Shown piece by piece: positions 40,863-52,106 of a stretch of DNA of 56,489 bases (position 1 is its first letter; each line of letters begins with the position of its first letter). The position numbers were made by a program, and so were the translations under genes. A model generated the notes under the pieces. It was not told the DNA's origin. It was given only the letters and a program-made list of their open reading frames with translations, and did no database searches. The DNA is from Actinomycetota bacterium. Lineage in GTDB: Bacteria > Actinomycetota > Actinomycetes > S36-B12. The stretch covers positions 1-56,489 of the forward strand of contig JAPOJD010000001.1 in assembly GCA_029978585.1 (NCBI GenBank), given 5' to 3'.

Positions 40863-41583
40863 TCCCTTCCTGCGCTTCAACGTGCAGGATGCCCAGGTCG
40901 TCGACTATCGCATCGACGGGGATCACGTCGCCTTCGTCAGGCCGGGACGGCGCCCAGGCGAACTTTGGGTGGGTGCGCTCGGCGATGACCCCGGGCGCGT
41001 GCTCAGGCTGATCGACGCGCTCCTCGCCCGTCACCCCATCGACGGAATCCACGTGCACGACGACGTGTACCGGCGCCTTCCTGAGCGCCTCACCATCTCG
41101 GATCCGGGCCATTGGTCGATATGGGTGGCGACAGCCGAGGGGCAGGTCCCGGAACTGAGTCGATGGGCGTCCGGGGCCACCGAAGTGCAGGGCACCGACG
41201 CGCGCATCGATCCACTGCTCCAGAACTCCGATTCGGCGTACATCTTCGCGGGGGATCCGACCGTGCGCCGATGGATGGGCGTGGAGCGCAACGGGCGCCT
41301 GCTCGCCGTGGGAGCGGAGTCCGTGATCGCAGGGGACGTTCCGCACCTGGTGAGCATCTGCACGGATCCGGCCGAACGGGGGGCAGGTCTGGGCAGGGCG
41401 GTCACGGCGGCACTCGTCAGCCGAGCGTTCTCTCGGGGAGAGCCCATGGTGTACCTGGAGATGTACGCGGGCAACGGACCCGCTGCGGCCCTTTACCGAT
41501 CGGTGGGCTTCGGTGAGCTCGCGCGGTACCGATCAGGCTGGCTCCCTCGCCGCGGGCGGCCGGTTCCTCGCGAGTCCGCGTAG
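40828..41583 (+). CDS. GNAT family N-acetyltransferase (two-domain)
   Basis: C-terminal acetyl-CoA pocket [21 protein letters not shown]. Start is uncertain: ATG 40828 overlaps aspS by 35 nt, and in-frame GTG 40882 is an alternative. Confidence 0.6.
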   Translation: MPHPLRTARPTDPFLRFNVQDAQVVDYRIDGDHVAFVRPGRRPGELWVGALGDDPGRVLRLIDALLARHPIDGIHVHDDVYRRLPERLTISDPGHWSIWVATAEGQVPELSRWASGATEVQGTDARIDPLLQNSDSAYIFAGDPTVRRWMGVERNGRLLAVGAESVIAGDVPHLVSICTDPAERGAGLGRAVTAALVSRAFSRGEPMVYLEMYAGNGPAAALYRSVGFGELARYRSGWLPRRGRPVPRESA

Positions 41584-41594
41584 GCTCGCCCAGG

Positions 41595-43025
41595 ATGACC
41601 GCCAGCCTCTTCGACGCAGGCGCCGGACCTGACAGGCCGGGGGCCCCGCTTGCCGTGAGGCTGAGGCCCCGCACCCTCGGCGATCTGGTCGGCCAGCAGC
41701 ACTTGCTGGCCGAGGGATCACCGCTGCGGCGGCTGCTCGAGGGCGACGAGGGTGCCGCCGTGTCGGTCATCCTGTGGGGCCCTCCCGGTACCGGCAAGAC
41801 CACGCTGGCGAGCATGGTGTCGGTCTCCACCGGCCGGCGCTTCGTGGAATTGTCGGCCGTGACGGCAGGAGTCAAGGACGTGCGCGAGGTGATCGAGGCG
41901 GCCCGCGCCGACCTGGGAATGCACGGCCGCGGAACCGTCCTCTTCGTCGACGAGGTGCACCGATTCAGCAAGACCCAGCAGGACGCGCTCCTGCCGGCGG
42001 TCGAGAACGGCTGGGTGACCCTGATCGCCGCCACCACGGAGAACCCGAGCTTCTCGGTGGTGTCGCCACTGCTCTCGCGAAGCCTGGTCCTCACCCTCGA
42101 GCCGCTGGACGACGCGGAACTCGGACGGCTTGCCGACAGGGCTCTCGCCGACCCTCGGGGGCTTGGGGGCGAGGTCTCCCTGTCGGTTTCGGCTCGCGAG
42201 CACCTGCTCCGCGTGGCCGGTGGGGATGCGCGGCGGCTGCTCACGGCGCTGGAGGCCGCAGCCGGGCTTGTCCTCTCGACAAGAGGGCCCGGTGCCGAGA
42301 TCGAAGTGGCCGACGTGGAAGCAGCCGTGCAAACGGCAGCGGTGCGCTACGACCGTGACGGCGACCAGCACTACGACGTCATCAGCGCCTTCATCAAGAG
42401 CGTGCGGGGGAGCGACGTCGATGCAGCGCTGCACTACCTCGCGCGCATGATCGAGGCGGGAGAGGATCCGCGGTTCATCGCCAGGAGGCTCCTGATCCTT
42501 GCCAGCGAAGACATCGGCATGGCGGACCCCAGCGCCCTCCAGGCGGCCGTGGCCGCTGCCCAGGCGGTGCAACTGCTGGGGATGCCAGAGGCGCGGCTGA
42601 CGCTGGCGCACGCGACGATCCACCTGTCCCTCAGCCCCAAGTCCAACGCCGTCATCATGGCCATCGACTCGGCCCAGTCGGATGTCCGTTCGGGCCGGAT
42701 CGGCACCGTGCCGCCACACCTGCGCGACGCCCACTATCCGGGCGCACGCGACCTGGGTCACGGCCGCGGCTACGCCTACCCCCACGATGCTCCCGAGGGC
42801 GTGGTGGCCCAGCAGTACGCCCCCGACCCGATCGCTGATCGGCGTTACTACCGTCCGACCTCCCATGGCGCCGAGGCCCGCTGGGCCGAGGTGCATGAGC
42901 GACTGAGGCATGCCGTGTCCGGCGGAGGCTCGGGCGGCGAGGCGTTAGGGTCGCCGGAGGGCGCCGTGCCGACCGCGGCGAACGGGACCGATCAGGGACA
43001 CCGAGGCGAGGAGGTGAGCCGGTGA
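41595..43025 (+). CDS. rarA: Replication-associated recombination protein A (RarA/MgsA AAA+ ATPase)
   Basis: Walker [10 protein letters not shown], Walker [38 protein letters not shown]. Confidence 0.9.
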   Translation: MTASLFDAGAGPDRPGAPLAVRLRPRTLGDLVGQQHLLAEGSPLRRLLEGDEGAAVSVILWGPPGTGKTTLASMVSVSTGRRFVELSAVTAGVKDVREVIEAARADLGMHGRGTVLFVDEVHRFSKTQQDALLPAVENGWVTLIAATTENPSFSVVSPLLSRSLVLTLEPLDDAELGRLADRALADPRGLGGEVSLSVSAREHLLRVAGGDARRLLTALEAAAGLVLSTRGPGAEIEVADVEAAVQTAAVRYDRDGDQHYDVISAFIKSVRGSDVDAALHYLARMIEAGEDPRFIARRLLILASEDIGMADPSALQAAVAAAQAVQLLGMPEARLTLAHATIHLSLSPKSNAVIMAIDSAQSDVRSGRIGTVPPHLRDAHYPGARDLGHGRGYAYPHDAPEGVVAQQYAPDPIADRRYYRPTSHGAEARWAEVHERLRHAVSGGGSGGEALGSPEGAVPTAANGTDQGHRGEEVSR

Positions 43026-43375
43026 GCAGGCTGGTGTGGGTGGCCCTCGGGGCCGCAGGCGGCGTCTATGCCTACCGGCGCGGCCAGCGCCTGCTCGACG
43101 AGGCGCGCGAGCGGGGCATCGTCGGCAGCGTCCAGGCGGCCACGGGGTCAGCGACGAACCTGGCGGTGGCCGCGCGAGGCCTCATGGCGGGCAGTGCGGC
43201 ACCGCGATCGGGGTCGCCATCGAACCGGCCAACCCGGCCCGCGTCACCGTCGGGGCGTACGACGAGCCGCCCGGGGACCGACACTGCCTCGGCGACAGCG
43301 ACCGGTGCGGCCGCGGCCAGGGTGCTGGCGGAATCCCAGTCGCGATCGCGAGCCGCTGGTCCCGGAGACAGGTGA
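43022..43375 (+). CDS. Small hypothetical protein with N-terminal TM, translationally coupled to rarA and alaS
   Basis: GTGA overlap upstream and TGATG overlap downstream. N-terminal [15 protein letters not shown] helix, low-complexity C-terminus. Confidence 0.45.
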   Translation: MSRLVWVALGAAGGVYAYRRGQRLLDEARERGIVGSVQAATGSATNLAVAARGLMAGSAAPRSGSPSNRPTRPASPSGRTTSRPGTDTASATATGAAAARVLAESQSRSRAAGPGDR

Positions 43376-46050
43376 TGGACTCCGCGGAGATCAGAACCCG
43401 GTTCCTCAAGTTCTTCGCCGACCGAGGCCACCAGGTGGTGCCCTCAGCGTCGCTCCTCCTCGATGACCCGACGTTGCTCTTCGTCAACGCGGGCATGGTG
43501 CCGTTCAAGCCCTACTTCCTCGGCGAGGCTCCGCCGCCGTACCCACGGGCGACGTCCGTGCAGAAGTGCGTCCGAACCCTGGACATCGAGGAGGTCGGCA
43601 AGACGACCCGGCACGCCTCGTTCTTCCAGATGGCGGGGAACTTCTCCTTCGGGGACTACTTCAAGTCCGGAGCGATCCCCTTCGCTTGGGAACTCCTCAC
43701 CTCGTCGCAGGCCGACGGCGGCTACGGCTTCCCCGAGGATCGCCTCTGGGTCACGGTCTACGACAACGACGACGAGGCAGCCGACATCTGGCACCGGGAG
43801 GTAGGCATCCCCCGGGAGCGCATCCAGCGTCGCAACGCCAAGGACAACTACTGGTCCATGGGAGTCCCGGGACCCGGTGGCCCGTGCTCGGAGATCTACT
43901 ACGACCGGGGCGCGGCGTTCGGGCGCGAGGGCGGACCCGTGGTCGACGAAGATCGCTATCTCGAGGTGTGGAACCTCGTCTTCATGCAGGACGAGCTCTC
44001 GGCGGTCCGGTCGAAGGAGGACTTCGACATCCTCAAGCCCCTTCCCGCCAAGAACATCGACACGGGCATGGGTCTGGAGCGGATGGCCGCGCTCCTCCAG
44101 GGGGTCGACAACATCTACGAGATCGACACGACCCGGGGGATCCTCGACCGCGCGAGCGAACTCACGGGCGTCACGTACGGCGCGGGTGAGAGGACCGACG
44201 TGGCCTTGCGGGTCATCGCCGACCACAGTCGCACGTGTGCCTTCCTCATCGGCGACGGAGTGACCCCGGGCAACGAAGGACGCGGCTACGTTCTCAGGCG
44301 GCTACTGCGCCGTGTGGTCCGCAATATGAGGCTGCTGGGTGCCGGCGATCCGTCCATGGACCCGCTCATGGACACCACCATCCAGGTGATGGCGCCGCAG
44401 TATCCGGAGCTCAATGACGAGGCGCGGCGCATCTCCAGTGTCGCGGCACAGGAGGAGGCAGCGTTCCTCCAGACCCTGCGCACGGGCACCCAGATCTTCG
44501 ACCTCGCGGCCGCCGAGGTGCGCTCGAACGGCGGGGGAGTCCTTCCCGGCGACCAGGCCTTCGAACTGCACGACACCTACGGATTCCCCATTGATCTGAC
44601 CCTCGAGATGGCCCGGGAGCAGGGCCTGGACGTGGACGAGGAGGGCTTCCGCCGGCTCATGGCCGAGCAGCGTGAGCGCGCCAAGGCCGACGCCCGCTCC
44701 CGCAAGGCGGGCCTTACCGCGGTGACGGCGTACCGGGAGGTCCTCGAGACCGGCGGGTCGACAGCGTTCACCGGGTACGACGAGGCCGTGTCCGAGGGCG
44801 TGATCACCGGGGTCCTGCGCGATGGGGTCGTCGTGCCAGTGGCCCGGGAGGGCGATCACGTCGAGATCGTCCTCAATCGCACGCCCTTCTACGCGGAGGC
44901 CGGCGGCCAGTTGGGCGACCACGGCACCATTCGCGTGGCCGACGGCGCCGTCATCGACGTGTACGACGTCCAGACCCCCGTGCCGGGCCTCTTCGTGCAC
45001 CGCGCGACGGTCGTGGAGGGAGAGGGAGCCGCGGGCGACGAGGCCGTGGGGATGGTCGATGTCGAACGTCGCCGGGCGATCTCGCGTGCGCATACCGCCA
45101 CTCATCTGGTGCACCGGGCCTTCCGGGAGTTCCTCGGCGACACCGCAACCCAGATGGGATCGGAGAACGCCCCGGGGCGGCTGCGCTTCGACTTCCCCAG
45201 CCCGGCGGCGGTGGGAGATGCGATGCTGCGCGACGTCGAGGCCAGGGTGAACGACGTCCTCTCCGCCGACCTCGAGGTCATGGCGCAGCTCATGTCGCAG
45301 GAGGAGGCCCGGGCGTTCGGCGCCATGGCGCTCTTCGGCGAAAAGTACGGCCCGGAGGTGCGGGTGATCTCGGTGGGCGACTGGGCCCACGAACTGTGCG
45401 GGGGAACGCACGCGGAGCGCTCGGGTCAACTGGGCGTCGTCACCTTCCTGTCGGAGGGGTCCATCGGCTCCGGTGTGCGGCGAGTGGAGGCCCTCGTGGG
45501 GGTCGACGCCTATCGACACCTGGCCCGCGAGCACGTCCTCGTGGGAAGGCTCACCCAACTGGTCAAGGCCCGGCCCGAGGAGCTGCCCGAGCGCATCGAG
45601 GGGCTCATCGGTCGACTCAAGGATGCCGAGCGCGACCTCCAGCGGGCCCGCAGCGCCGAGCTCACCTCGAACGTGGAGGGCGTGATCGGTGAGGGGCGGG
45701 ACTACGGCCCGTTCCGGCTGTGGACCTACCGTGCGCCCGATGGCCTGACCGCGAACGACTTGCGCGAGCTCGCACTGCGCGGGCGTGCGGCGGCGCGACC
45801 CGACCGCGGAGTCATCATGATCGGCTCGTCCCTCGCGGATGGGCGACTCGCCGTCGTGGCCGTCGTGAACCCACGCGCGCAGGAACTCGGCATTTCAGCC
45901 AAGGACGTCCTTCAGTCCGCGCTCCCGGCGATCGACGGACGCGGGGGTGGGAAGGACGACATAGCCCAGGGTGGCGGCTCCAAGCTGGATGGGCTGGACG
46001 AGGCCTACGCGTCCGTGCACGACTACGTGCGGTCCCGCGCAGGGGAGTGA
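43375..46050 (+). CDS. alaS: Alanine--tRNA ligase
   Basis: FLKFFADRGHQVVPSASL, FVNAGM, FFQMAGNFSFGDYFK, editing domain HTATHL and HELCGGTH, C-terminal DHHA1. Confidence 0.94.
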   Translation: MDSAEIRTRFLKFFADRGHQVVPSASLLLDDPTLLFVNAGMVPFKPYFLGEAPPPYPRATSVQKCVRTLDIEEVGKTTRHASFFQMAGNFSFGDYFKSGAIPFAWELLTSSQADGGYGFPEDRLWVTVYDNDDEAADIWHREVGIPRERIQRRNAKDNYWSMGVPGPGGPCSEIYYDRGAAFGREGGPVVDEDRYLEVWNLVFMQDELSAVRSKEDFDILKPLPAKNIDTGMGLERMAALLQGVDNIYEIDTTRGILDRASELTGVTYGAGERTDVALRVIADHSRTCAFLIGDGVTPGNEGRGYVLRRLLRRVVRNMRLLGAGDPSMDPLMDTTIQVMAPQYPELNDEARRISSVAAQEEAAFLQTLRTGTQIFDLAAAEVRSNGGGVLPGDQAFELHDTYGFPIDLTLEMAREQGLDVDEEGFRRLMAEQRERAKADARSRKAGLTAVTAYREVLETGGSTAFTGYDEAVSEGVITGVLRDGVVVPVAREGDHVEIVLNRTPFYAEAGGQLGDHGTIRVADGAVIDVYDVQTPVPGLFVHRATVVEGEGAAGDEAVGMVDVERRRAISRAHTATHLVHRAFREFLGDTATQMGSENAPGRLRFDFPSPAAVGDAMLRDVEARVNDVLSADLEVMAQLMSQEEARAFGAMALFGEKYGPEVRVISVGDWAHELCGGTHAERSGQLGVVTFLSEGSIGSGVRRVEALVGVDAYRHLAREHVLVGRLTQLVKARPEELPERIEGLIGRLKDAERDLQRARSAELTSNVEGVIGEGRDYGPFRLWTYRAPDGLTANDLRELALRGRAAARPDRGVIMIGSSLADGRLAVVAVVNPRAQELGISAKDVLQSALPAIDGRGGGKDDIAQGGGSKLDGLDEAYASVHDYVRSRAGE

Positions 46051-46060
46051 GAGGGCGGCC

Positions 46061-46522
46061 GTGAGCGAGGCCTTCGCCCGGGGCGTCCGGCTGGCAGTGG
46101 ACGTGGGTTCGGTCCGCGTGGGCGTCGCACGGTGCGATCCCGACGGGATCCTCGCCTCTCCGGTGGACACGCTGGCGCGAGACTCGACGACTCTCGAGCG
46201 CCTCGCCGCACTGACCGCCGATCTTGATGCCGTCGTCGTCTACGTCGGCCTTCCGGTCTCGCTGGGCGGCGGGGAGGGCATCGCCGCCCAGTCGGCGCGA
46301 GCGTTCGCCGAGGAGCTGGCCGCGGCCGCGCCCTGCCCCGTCCGCCTAGTGGACGAGCGGCTGAGCACGGTGGATGCGCAGAGGGCATTGCGTGATGCGG
46401 GGCGATCAGCGCGGTCGTCGAGGTCGGTGGTCGACCAGGTCGCGGCGGTCATCATCCTGGAGCAGGCGTTGTCGATCGAGCGCGCCACCGGGACACTGGC
46501 GGGCACGGCCGTTACCTTCTAG
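46061..46522 (+). CDS. ruvX: Holliday junction resolvase-like RuvX (YqgF)
   Basis: LAVDVGSVRVGVARCD and VDERLST motifs. Conserved position after alaS. Confidence 0.85.
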   Translation: MSEAFARGVRLAVDVGSVRVGVARCDPDGILASPVDTLARDSTTLERLAALTADLDAVVVYVGLPVSLGGGEGIAAQSARAFAEELAAAAPCPVRLVDERLSTVDAQRALRDAGRSARSSRSVVDQVAAVIILEQALSIERATGTLAGTAVTF

Positions 46523-46573
46523 GGGAGCGGCGTTCGCGGGCGCCGGGAGACGCCGGGAGAAGGGAGCCGGGCC

Positions 46574-47692
46574 ATGAGCCAGTTGCTGCCCTTCCTCACC
46601 GAGGACCCGCTTCCCCCGTCCCGCAACCGTCGTAGCCCCGTCCGGTGGACGGTCGCTGCACTGGGCGTCCTCGCCCTCGTGGTCGCGGGCATCTGGGCGT
46701 TCACGACGGTGCGGACGCTTGCTCCGGAGGAGCGGGCGGCGGCCGTCGCCGGCACTCCGGTGCTGGTGGTGGTGAACACCGGGGACTCCCTGGCGACCGT
46801 CGCGAGGAGCCTGGAGTCCGCGGGCGTCGTGGCGTCTGCCTCGGGATTCCTCGCCAGCGCCGAACTCGACGACCGGGCGACGCGCATCGGGCCGGGCGTC
46901 TACTCGCTCATGACCGGCATGGATCCCGCCAGCGTGATCGACAAGATGCTCGACCCCGCGTCGCGTGCCGCCCCGCTGGTCCTCCCGGAAGGGCTGAGGA
47001 TCGACGAGACGGTCCAGATCACGTCCTCCGCCACCGGGATCCCCCAGTCGGAGCTGGCAGAAGCGCTAGGCGAGCCGGAGGCCCTGGAACTGCCGGAGTG
47101 GGCGGACGAGCGGCCCGAGGGCCTCCTCTTCCCCGCGTCGTACGACATCATCCCCGGTCGCACGGCCGAGGAGGTCCTCAACTCGATGGTGCGCCGCTTC
47201 GACCTCGCCGCGGAGGAACTCAACCTCGTCAAGCGCGCCAAGAAGCTCGGGATGTCGCCGTACGAGGTCCTCATCGTGGCCAGCCTCGTGCAGGCGGAGG
47301 CAGCGCCGAGCGACTTCCGGAGGGTGGCCAGAGTGGCCTACAACCGCCTCAAGGAGGGCATGAAGCTGCAGTTCGACTCGACGGTGAACTACGCCCTGAA
47401 GACGGACACGTTCTTCCTCACCGAGCAGATGCTGTCGGTCGAGTCGCCCTACAACACGTTCGTCATCGAAGGCCTGCCCCCGACTCCGATCAACTCGCCA
47501 GGGCAGGAGGCGATCGAGGCCGCGCTCGATCCCGCCGAGGGGGACTGGCTGTACTTCGTCACCACGGACCCGGAGACGCTGACGACGAAGTTCACCTCGA
47601 GCTACGACCAATTCCTGGAGTGGAAGCAGAAGTTCCGCGAGGGCTACGGTGCATCCAATGCGCCTCGCCCGTCCGCGTCGGCGACGCCGTGA
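46574..47692 (+). CDS. mltG: Endolytic murein transglycosylase MltG (YceG-like)
   Basis: N-terminal TM, LysM-like region, ASLVQAEA, YNTFVIEGLPPTPINSPG. Confidence 0.88.
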   Translation: MSQLLPFLTEDPLPPSRNRRSPVRWTVAALGVLALVVAGIWAFTTVRTLAPEERAAAVAGTPVLVVVNTGDSLATVARSLESAGVVASASGFLASAELDDRATRIGPGVYSLMTGMDPASVIDKMLDPASRAAPLVLPEGLRIDETVQITSSATGIPQSELAEALGEPEALELPEWADERPEGLLFPASYDIIPGRTAEEVLNSMVRRFDLAAEELNLVKRAKKLGMSPYEVLIVASLVQAEAAPSDFRRVARVAYNRLKEGMKLQFDSTVNYALKTDTFFLTEQMLSVESPYNTFVIEGLPPTPINSPGQEAIEAALDPAEGDWLYFVTTDPETLTTKFTSSYDQFLEWKQKFREGYGASNAPRPSASATP

Positions 47693-48510
47693 CCCAGGAC
47701 GTCAAGCGCGCCGCGGTGCTGGGCTCGCCTATCGGCCACAGTCTGTCCCCGGTCCTTCACCGTGCGGCCTACGCTGCGCTGGGGCTCCCGTGGAGGTACG
47801 ACGCCCTGGACGTGCGCGAGGACGAGCTCGCGGAGTTTGTCGATGCAATGGACGACTCCTGGGCGGGGCTCTCGCTCACCATGCCGCTCAAGACAGCGGT
47901 GCTTCCGCTCCTGCATGACACGAGCGAGACGGTCGATGTCGTGGGGGCCGCGAACACCGTGGTCATCCGCGACGGGCGCCGGCACGGCCACAACACCGAC
48001 GTCATGGGGATGGTCCGGGCGATCCGCGAGATGTCCCCCGAAGCAGACCTGACCAACGCCACCATCCTCGGCGGAGGAGCGACGGCCAGGAGCGCGGTCG
48101 CGGCAATCCACCGGCTGGGGATCGAGGCGGCCTACGTCGCCCTGCGGGATCCGGCCCGAGGTGCGCACCTGTCTCACATCGCGGCGGGACTGGGGTGCGA
48201 CTTGCGCATCGTCTCCTGGGAGGAGGCCCACCACCACCTCGATGCCGACCTGGTGATCTCGACCGTTCCCGGAGACGCAGCGGATCGTTATGCACAGGGC
48301 GTGCCCGACGACCCGGGCATCCTGCTCGATGTGGCCTACGGTGATCAGGCGGGGACGCTCGTTCCCGCGTGGCGCGCCGCAGGCGGCGCCGCGGCGGACG
48401 GCCTGGCGCTCCTCCTCTGGCAGGCGGCGGATCAGGTGCGGCTGATGACGGGGCTCGAGGCGCCCGTCGGCGAGATGCGTGCCGCTCTCAGCCGGGAGCA
48501 CCCCGGGTAG
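47689..48510 (+). CDS. aroE: Shikimate dehydrogenase
   Basis: AAVLGSPIGHSLSPVLH, SLTMPLK, GANT, NTD, GGGATARS. GTGA overlap with mltG. Confidence 0.88.
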   Translation: MTQDVKRAAVLGSPIGHSLSPVLHRAAYAALGLPWRYDALDVREDELAEFVDAMDDSWAGLSLTMPLKTAVLPLLHDTSETVDVVGAANTVVIRDGRRHGHNTDVMGMVRAIREMSPEADLTNATILGGGATARSAVAAIHRLGIEAAYVALRDPARGAHLSHIAAGLGCDLRIVSWEEAHHHLDADLVISTVPGDAADRYAQGVPDDPGILLDVAYGDQAGTLVPAWRAAGGAAADGLALLLWQAADQVRLMTGLEAPVGEMRAALSREHPG

Positions 48511-48529
48511 GACGGCGGAGGGGGGTGTC

Positions 48530-49255
48530 ATGCTCGGCGAAAGCATGATCGCCCCCATCGCGCTCGCGTTGGTCGTCGGGGCGGCCTGCGGACCGTCCGT
48601 CGATCGCCTCGCGCTGTGGTCGCTGAGCACGGGACCGGCAGCGGCGGTCCCCGACCGTTCCGGTCAGGGTCGGCCGCACCCCACCGCCATGAGCTCCGTG
48701 GCCTGCGCCGGCATATGTGCCGTCGCCGCGGCCGCCGTCACTGCCGCGTCGCCGGCGGTCCTGCCGGTCGGACTGGCCCTCGCCCTCCTCGGCGTGGCCG
48801 TGTCGCGCACGGACCTGGCTCGGCACCGGATCCCCGACGTCCTCGTCCTCCTGTTGTTCGCAGTCGGGGGTGTGGGCCTCTTCGCGACCGCCTGGCTGGG
48901 CGCGGAGATGGCCGCCTACGGCCGGGCCTGGGCGGCCTCCGGGGCCTGCCTCCTCGCCTTCCTGACCCTGGCACTCGTCTCCCCGTCGGCACTGGGCATG
49001 GGCGATGTGAAACTCCTGTCGGCCCTGGCGCTGTATCTCGGCTTCGTCGGATGGGATGCACTGCTGCTCGGCATCGTGCTCGGGCTGACCCTGGCGGGCA
49101 CGCTCGGATGGGCTCTCGTCGCTGTCGGGCAGCGCCCGAGGCGCGCGGGCGGGCGGGTACCGCCAGCGACCTCGCGGCTGCGTCAGCCGATCCCTCTCGC
49201 ACCGTTCCTCGTGACGGGAGCCATTGCAGCGATGCTGGGCCCCGCCGCGATCTGA
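48530..49255 (+). CDS. A24 family prepilin (type IV leader) peptidase
   Basis: Polytopic membrane protein with two Asp motifs (RIPDVL and GMGDVKLLSALALYLG). Confidence 0.75.
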   Translation: MLGESMIAPIALALVVGAACGPSVDRLALWSLSTGPAAAVPDRSGQGRPHPTAMSSVACAGICAVAAAAVTAASPAVLPVGLALALLGVAVSRTDLARHRIPDVLVLLLFAVGGVGLFATAWLGAEMAAYGRAWAASGACLLAFLTLALVSPSALGMGDVKLLSALALYLGFVGWDALLLGIVLGLTLAGTLGWALVAVGQRPRRAGGRVPPATSRLRQPIPLAPFLVTGAIAAMLGPAAI

Positions 49256-49285
49256 GAGGATGTCGCCCATGTCCGGGAGCCCGCG

Positions 49286-50458
49286 ATGCTGAGGTGGCTC
49301 ACGGCAGGGGAATCCCACGGTCCCGCGCTGGTCGCGATCCTCGAGGGCCTTCCCGCCGGAGTGAACGTCGCCACCGCCGAGATCGCCGACGACCTGCGCC
49401 GGCGGCGGCTGGGCGTGGGCCGGGGTGCCCGCATGAGCTTCGAGGAGGACCGAGTCTCGATCCTGGGCGGGATCCGGCATGGCGTGACGCAGGGCGGCCC
49501 CATCGCCGTGGAAGTCGCCAACAGTGAGTGGCCCAAGTGGGACCGGGTGATGTCCCCGGATCCCGTGGACGCCGACGAGCTGGCCGCGCTCGCCCGCAAC
49601 GCGCCCCTCACGCGGCCGCGGCCGGGGCACGCCGACCTCGTGGGGATGCAGAAGTACGGCTTCGACGATGCCCGGCCGATCCTCGAGCGGGCCAGCGCCC
49701 GGGAGACGGCGGCGCGCGTGGCCTTGGGAGCTGTGGCCCGCGCGTTTCTGCTGCAGGCGGCGGACGTCGAGGTAGTGAGCCACGTCGTGCGCATCGGAGG
49801 CGCCGCCGCAGACGGCGTCCCCGATCGCGGCGCGGGCCCGGCCATCGACGCCGATCCGGTGCGGGCGCTCGACCCGGTCACGTCGCAGGCGATGCAGGAC
49901 GAGATCTCCGCGGCGCATCGAGACGGGGACACTCTCGGCGGTGTCGTCGAGGTGGTCGCCTTTGGCCTTCCGCCCGGGCTGGGAAGCCACGTGCACTGGG
50001 ACCGCCGACTTGACGCTCGGCTCGCCGGAGCCCTCATGGGCATCCAGGCCATCAAGGGTGTGGAGGTCGGCGACGGCTTCGCCCTCGCGGGCCGCCGCGG
50101 GTCGCAGGCCCAGGACGAGATCATCTCCGAGGATGGCGCACTGCGAAGGACTTCGGGGCGCTCCGGGGGGACCGAGGGCGGCATGAGCACGGGCGAGATC
50201 CTCAGGGTTCGCGCAGCGATGAAGCCCATCTCGACGATCCCACGCGCCCTGCAGACCGTCGACGTGGCAACGGGCGAGCCGGCCAAGGCGATCAACCAGC
50301 GATCGGACGTGTGCGCTGTCCCGGCGGCCGGGGTCGTCGCCGAGGCCATGGTGATGCTCGTCCTTGCCGATGCACTCCTGGAGAAGTTCGGGGGCGACAG
50401 CCTGGCGGAGACCCGCCGGAACCTCCTCGCCTACCGCGACGGGCTGGCGTTCCGATGA
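49286..50458 (+). CDS. aroC: Chorismate synthase
   Basis: [44 protein letters not shown]. Confidence 0.93.
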   Translation: MLRWLTAGESHGPALVAILEGLPAGVNVATAEIADDLRRRRLGVGRGARMSFEEDRVSILGGIRHGVTQGGPIAVEVANSEWPKWDRVMSPDPVDADELAALARNAPLTRPRPGHADLVGMQKYGFDDARPILERASARETAARVALGAVARAFLLQAADVEVVSHVVRIGGAAADGVPDRGAGPAIDADPVRALDPVTSQAMQDEISAAHRDGDTLGGVVEVVAFGLPPGLGSHVHWDRRLDARLAGALMGIQAIKGVEVGDGFALAGRRGSQAQDEIISEDGALRRTSGRSGGTEGGMSTGEILRVRAAMKPISTIPRALQTVDVATGEPAKAINQRSDVCAVPAAGVVAEAMVMLVLADALLEKFGGDSLAETRRNLLAYRDGLAFR

Positions 50459-50994
50459 CCGCGGGACCCGCCCTCGTGCTCGTGGGAGCCCCCGGCGCGG
50501 GCAAGACCACGATCGGCAGGGCGTGCGCCCGGCGGCTCGGGGTTGCCTTTGCCGACACTGATCACCTCATCGAGATGGCCGCGGGCCGGAAGGTCGCGGA
50601 CATCTTCGTGGACGACGGCGAGCCCGCCTTCCGCGCGCTGGAGAAGGATGCGGTCGCCACGGCGCTGCAGGAGGAGTCCGGGGTCCTGTCGCTCGGCGGC
50701 GGAGCCGTCCTCGATGCCGGCAGTCGGGCACTGCTCCTCGCGCACCGCGTCGTATGGCTCCGGGTGAGTGTCTCCGACGCGGCCCGACGCGTGGGCCTCA
50801 ATGCCTCGCGTCCCCTGCTGGTCGGCAACGTCCGCGGCACGCTCGCCTCCCTCCTGGAGGAGCGCACCCCCCTCTACGAGGAGGTGTCCGACGCTGTCGT
50901 CGACACCGACGCCAGATCCGTGGACGCGGTGACGGACGACGTGCTCGCGGCACTGGCGGCCCTCGGCGGACCGCGTGCGGAGAGCCTCGCGTGA
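50455..50994 (+). CDS. aroK: Shikimate kinase
   Basis: Walker [24 protein letters not shown] overlap with aroC. Confidence 0.88.
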   Translation: MTAGPALVLVGAPGAGKTTIGRACARRLGVAFADTDHLIEMAAGRKVADIFVDDGEPAFRALEKDAVATALQEESGVLSLGGGAVLDAGSRALLLAHRVVWLRVSVSDAARRVGLNASRPLLVGNVRGTLASLLEERTPLYEEVSDAVVDTDARSVDAVTDDVLAALAALGGPRAESLA

Positions 50995-52106
50995 ACCCCG
51001 GGAGCGGCGAGGACGGCAGCACGACGCGGATCCAGGTTTCGGCGGAGCAGCCCTACGACGTGCTGGTTGGGACCGGGCTCCTCGGCGAGCTCGCGCCGAT
51101 GCTGGGCGAACGATGTGCCAAGGTCGCCGTCGTGGCGCCGCGGGCGCTGGACCTCACTGCGGAAGGCGTCCGAGCGGATCTCACGCAACAGGGACTCGAA
51201 CCCATCATCCTCGAGATTCCCGACGCCGAGAACGCGAAGACGCCGGAGGTGGCGGCGTTCTGCTGGGACGTGCTCGGACGCTCTGGATTCACCCGCACGG
51301 ACGCCATCGTCGGCATCGGCGGGGGAGCGGCAACCGACCTGGCGGGCTTCGTCGCCGGGACGTGGCTGCGCGGGGTGCGCCTGGTCAATATCCCGACGAC
51401 CGTCCTGGGGATGGTGGATGCCGCCGTCGGCGGCAAGACGGGCATCAACACGTCGACGGGCAAGAACCTCGTGGGCGTCTTCCACGAGCCGGCCGGCGTG
51501 CTGTGCGACCTCGCCGCCCTCGAGACGCTGCCCCGCCATGAACTGGTCGCGGGCCTTGCCGAGGCCGTCAAGTGCGGACTCATCCGGGATCCGGCGATCC
51601 TCGAGATCGTGCTGCAGGACCCTGATGACGCTGCCCGGTGGGACTCGCCTCGACTGCGCGAGATCATCGAGCGGGCGATCCGGGTTAAGGCGGACGTCGT
51701 CACCGCGGACCTCCGGGAGCGCGTCGGTGCAGCGACGCTCGGGCGCGAGGCACTGAACTACGGCCACACGTTCGGGCACGCCATCGAACGCGTCGAGGAC
51801 TACCGATGGCGGCACGGCGCTGCCATCAGCGTCGGCATGGTCTACGTCGCGGAACTGGCCCGACTCGCGGGCCGATTGGACGACGAGGGGGTCGCCCTGC
51901 ATCGCGAGGTGCTCGGAGCGCTGGGCCTGCCGACCACCTACGCACCGGGCCGGTGGGACGCGCTCCTCGCGGCGATGCGCGTCGACAAGAAGGCGCGGGC
52001 GGACCTGCTCCGCTTCGTGGTCCTGGATGGTGTCGGCCATCCCGGACTGCTCGAGGGCCCCGATCCGGCGCTGCTCGTCAGCGCCTACGAGGAGGTGTCG
52101 GCATGA
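50991..52106 (+). CDS. aroB: 3-dehydroquinate synthase
   Basis: [49 protein letters not shown] overlap with aroK. Confidence 0.92.
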   Translation: MNPGSGEDGSTTRIQVSAEQPYDVLVGTGLLGELAPMLGERCAKVAVVAPRALDLTAEGVRADLTQQGLEPIILEIPDAENAKTPEVAAFCWDVLGRSGFTRTDAIVGIGGGAATDLAGFVAGTWLRGVRLVNIPTTVLGMVDAAVGGKTGINTSTGKNLVGVFHEPAGVLCDLAALETLPRHELVAGLAEAVKCGLIRDPAILEIVLQDPDDAARWDSPRLREIIERAIRVKADVVTADLRERVGAATLGREALNYGHTFGHAIERVEDYRWRHGAAISVGMVYVAELARLAGRLDDEGVALHREVLGALGLPTTYAPGRWDALLAAMRVDKKARADLLRFVVLDGVGHPGLLEGPDPALLVSAYEEVSA

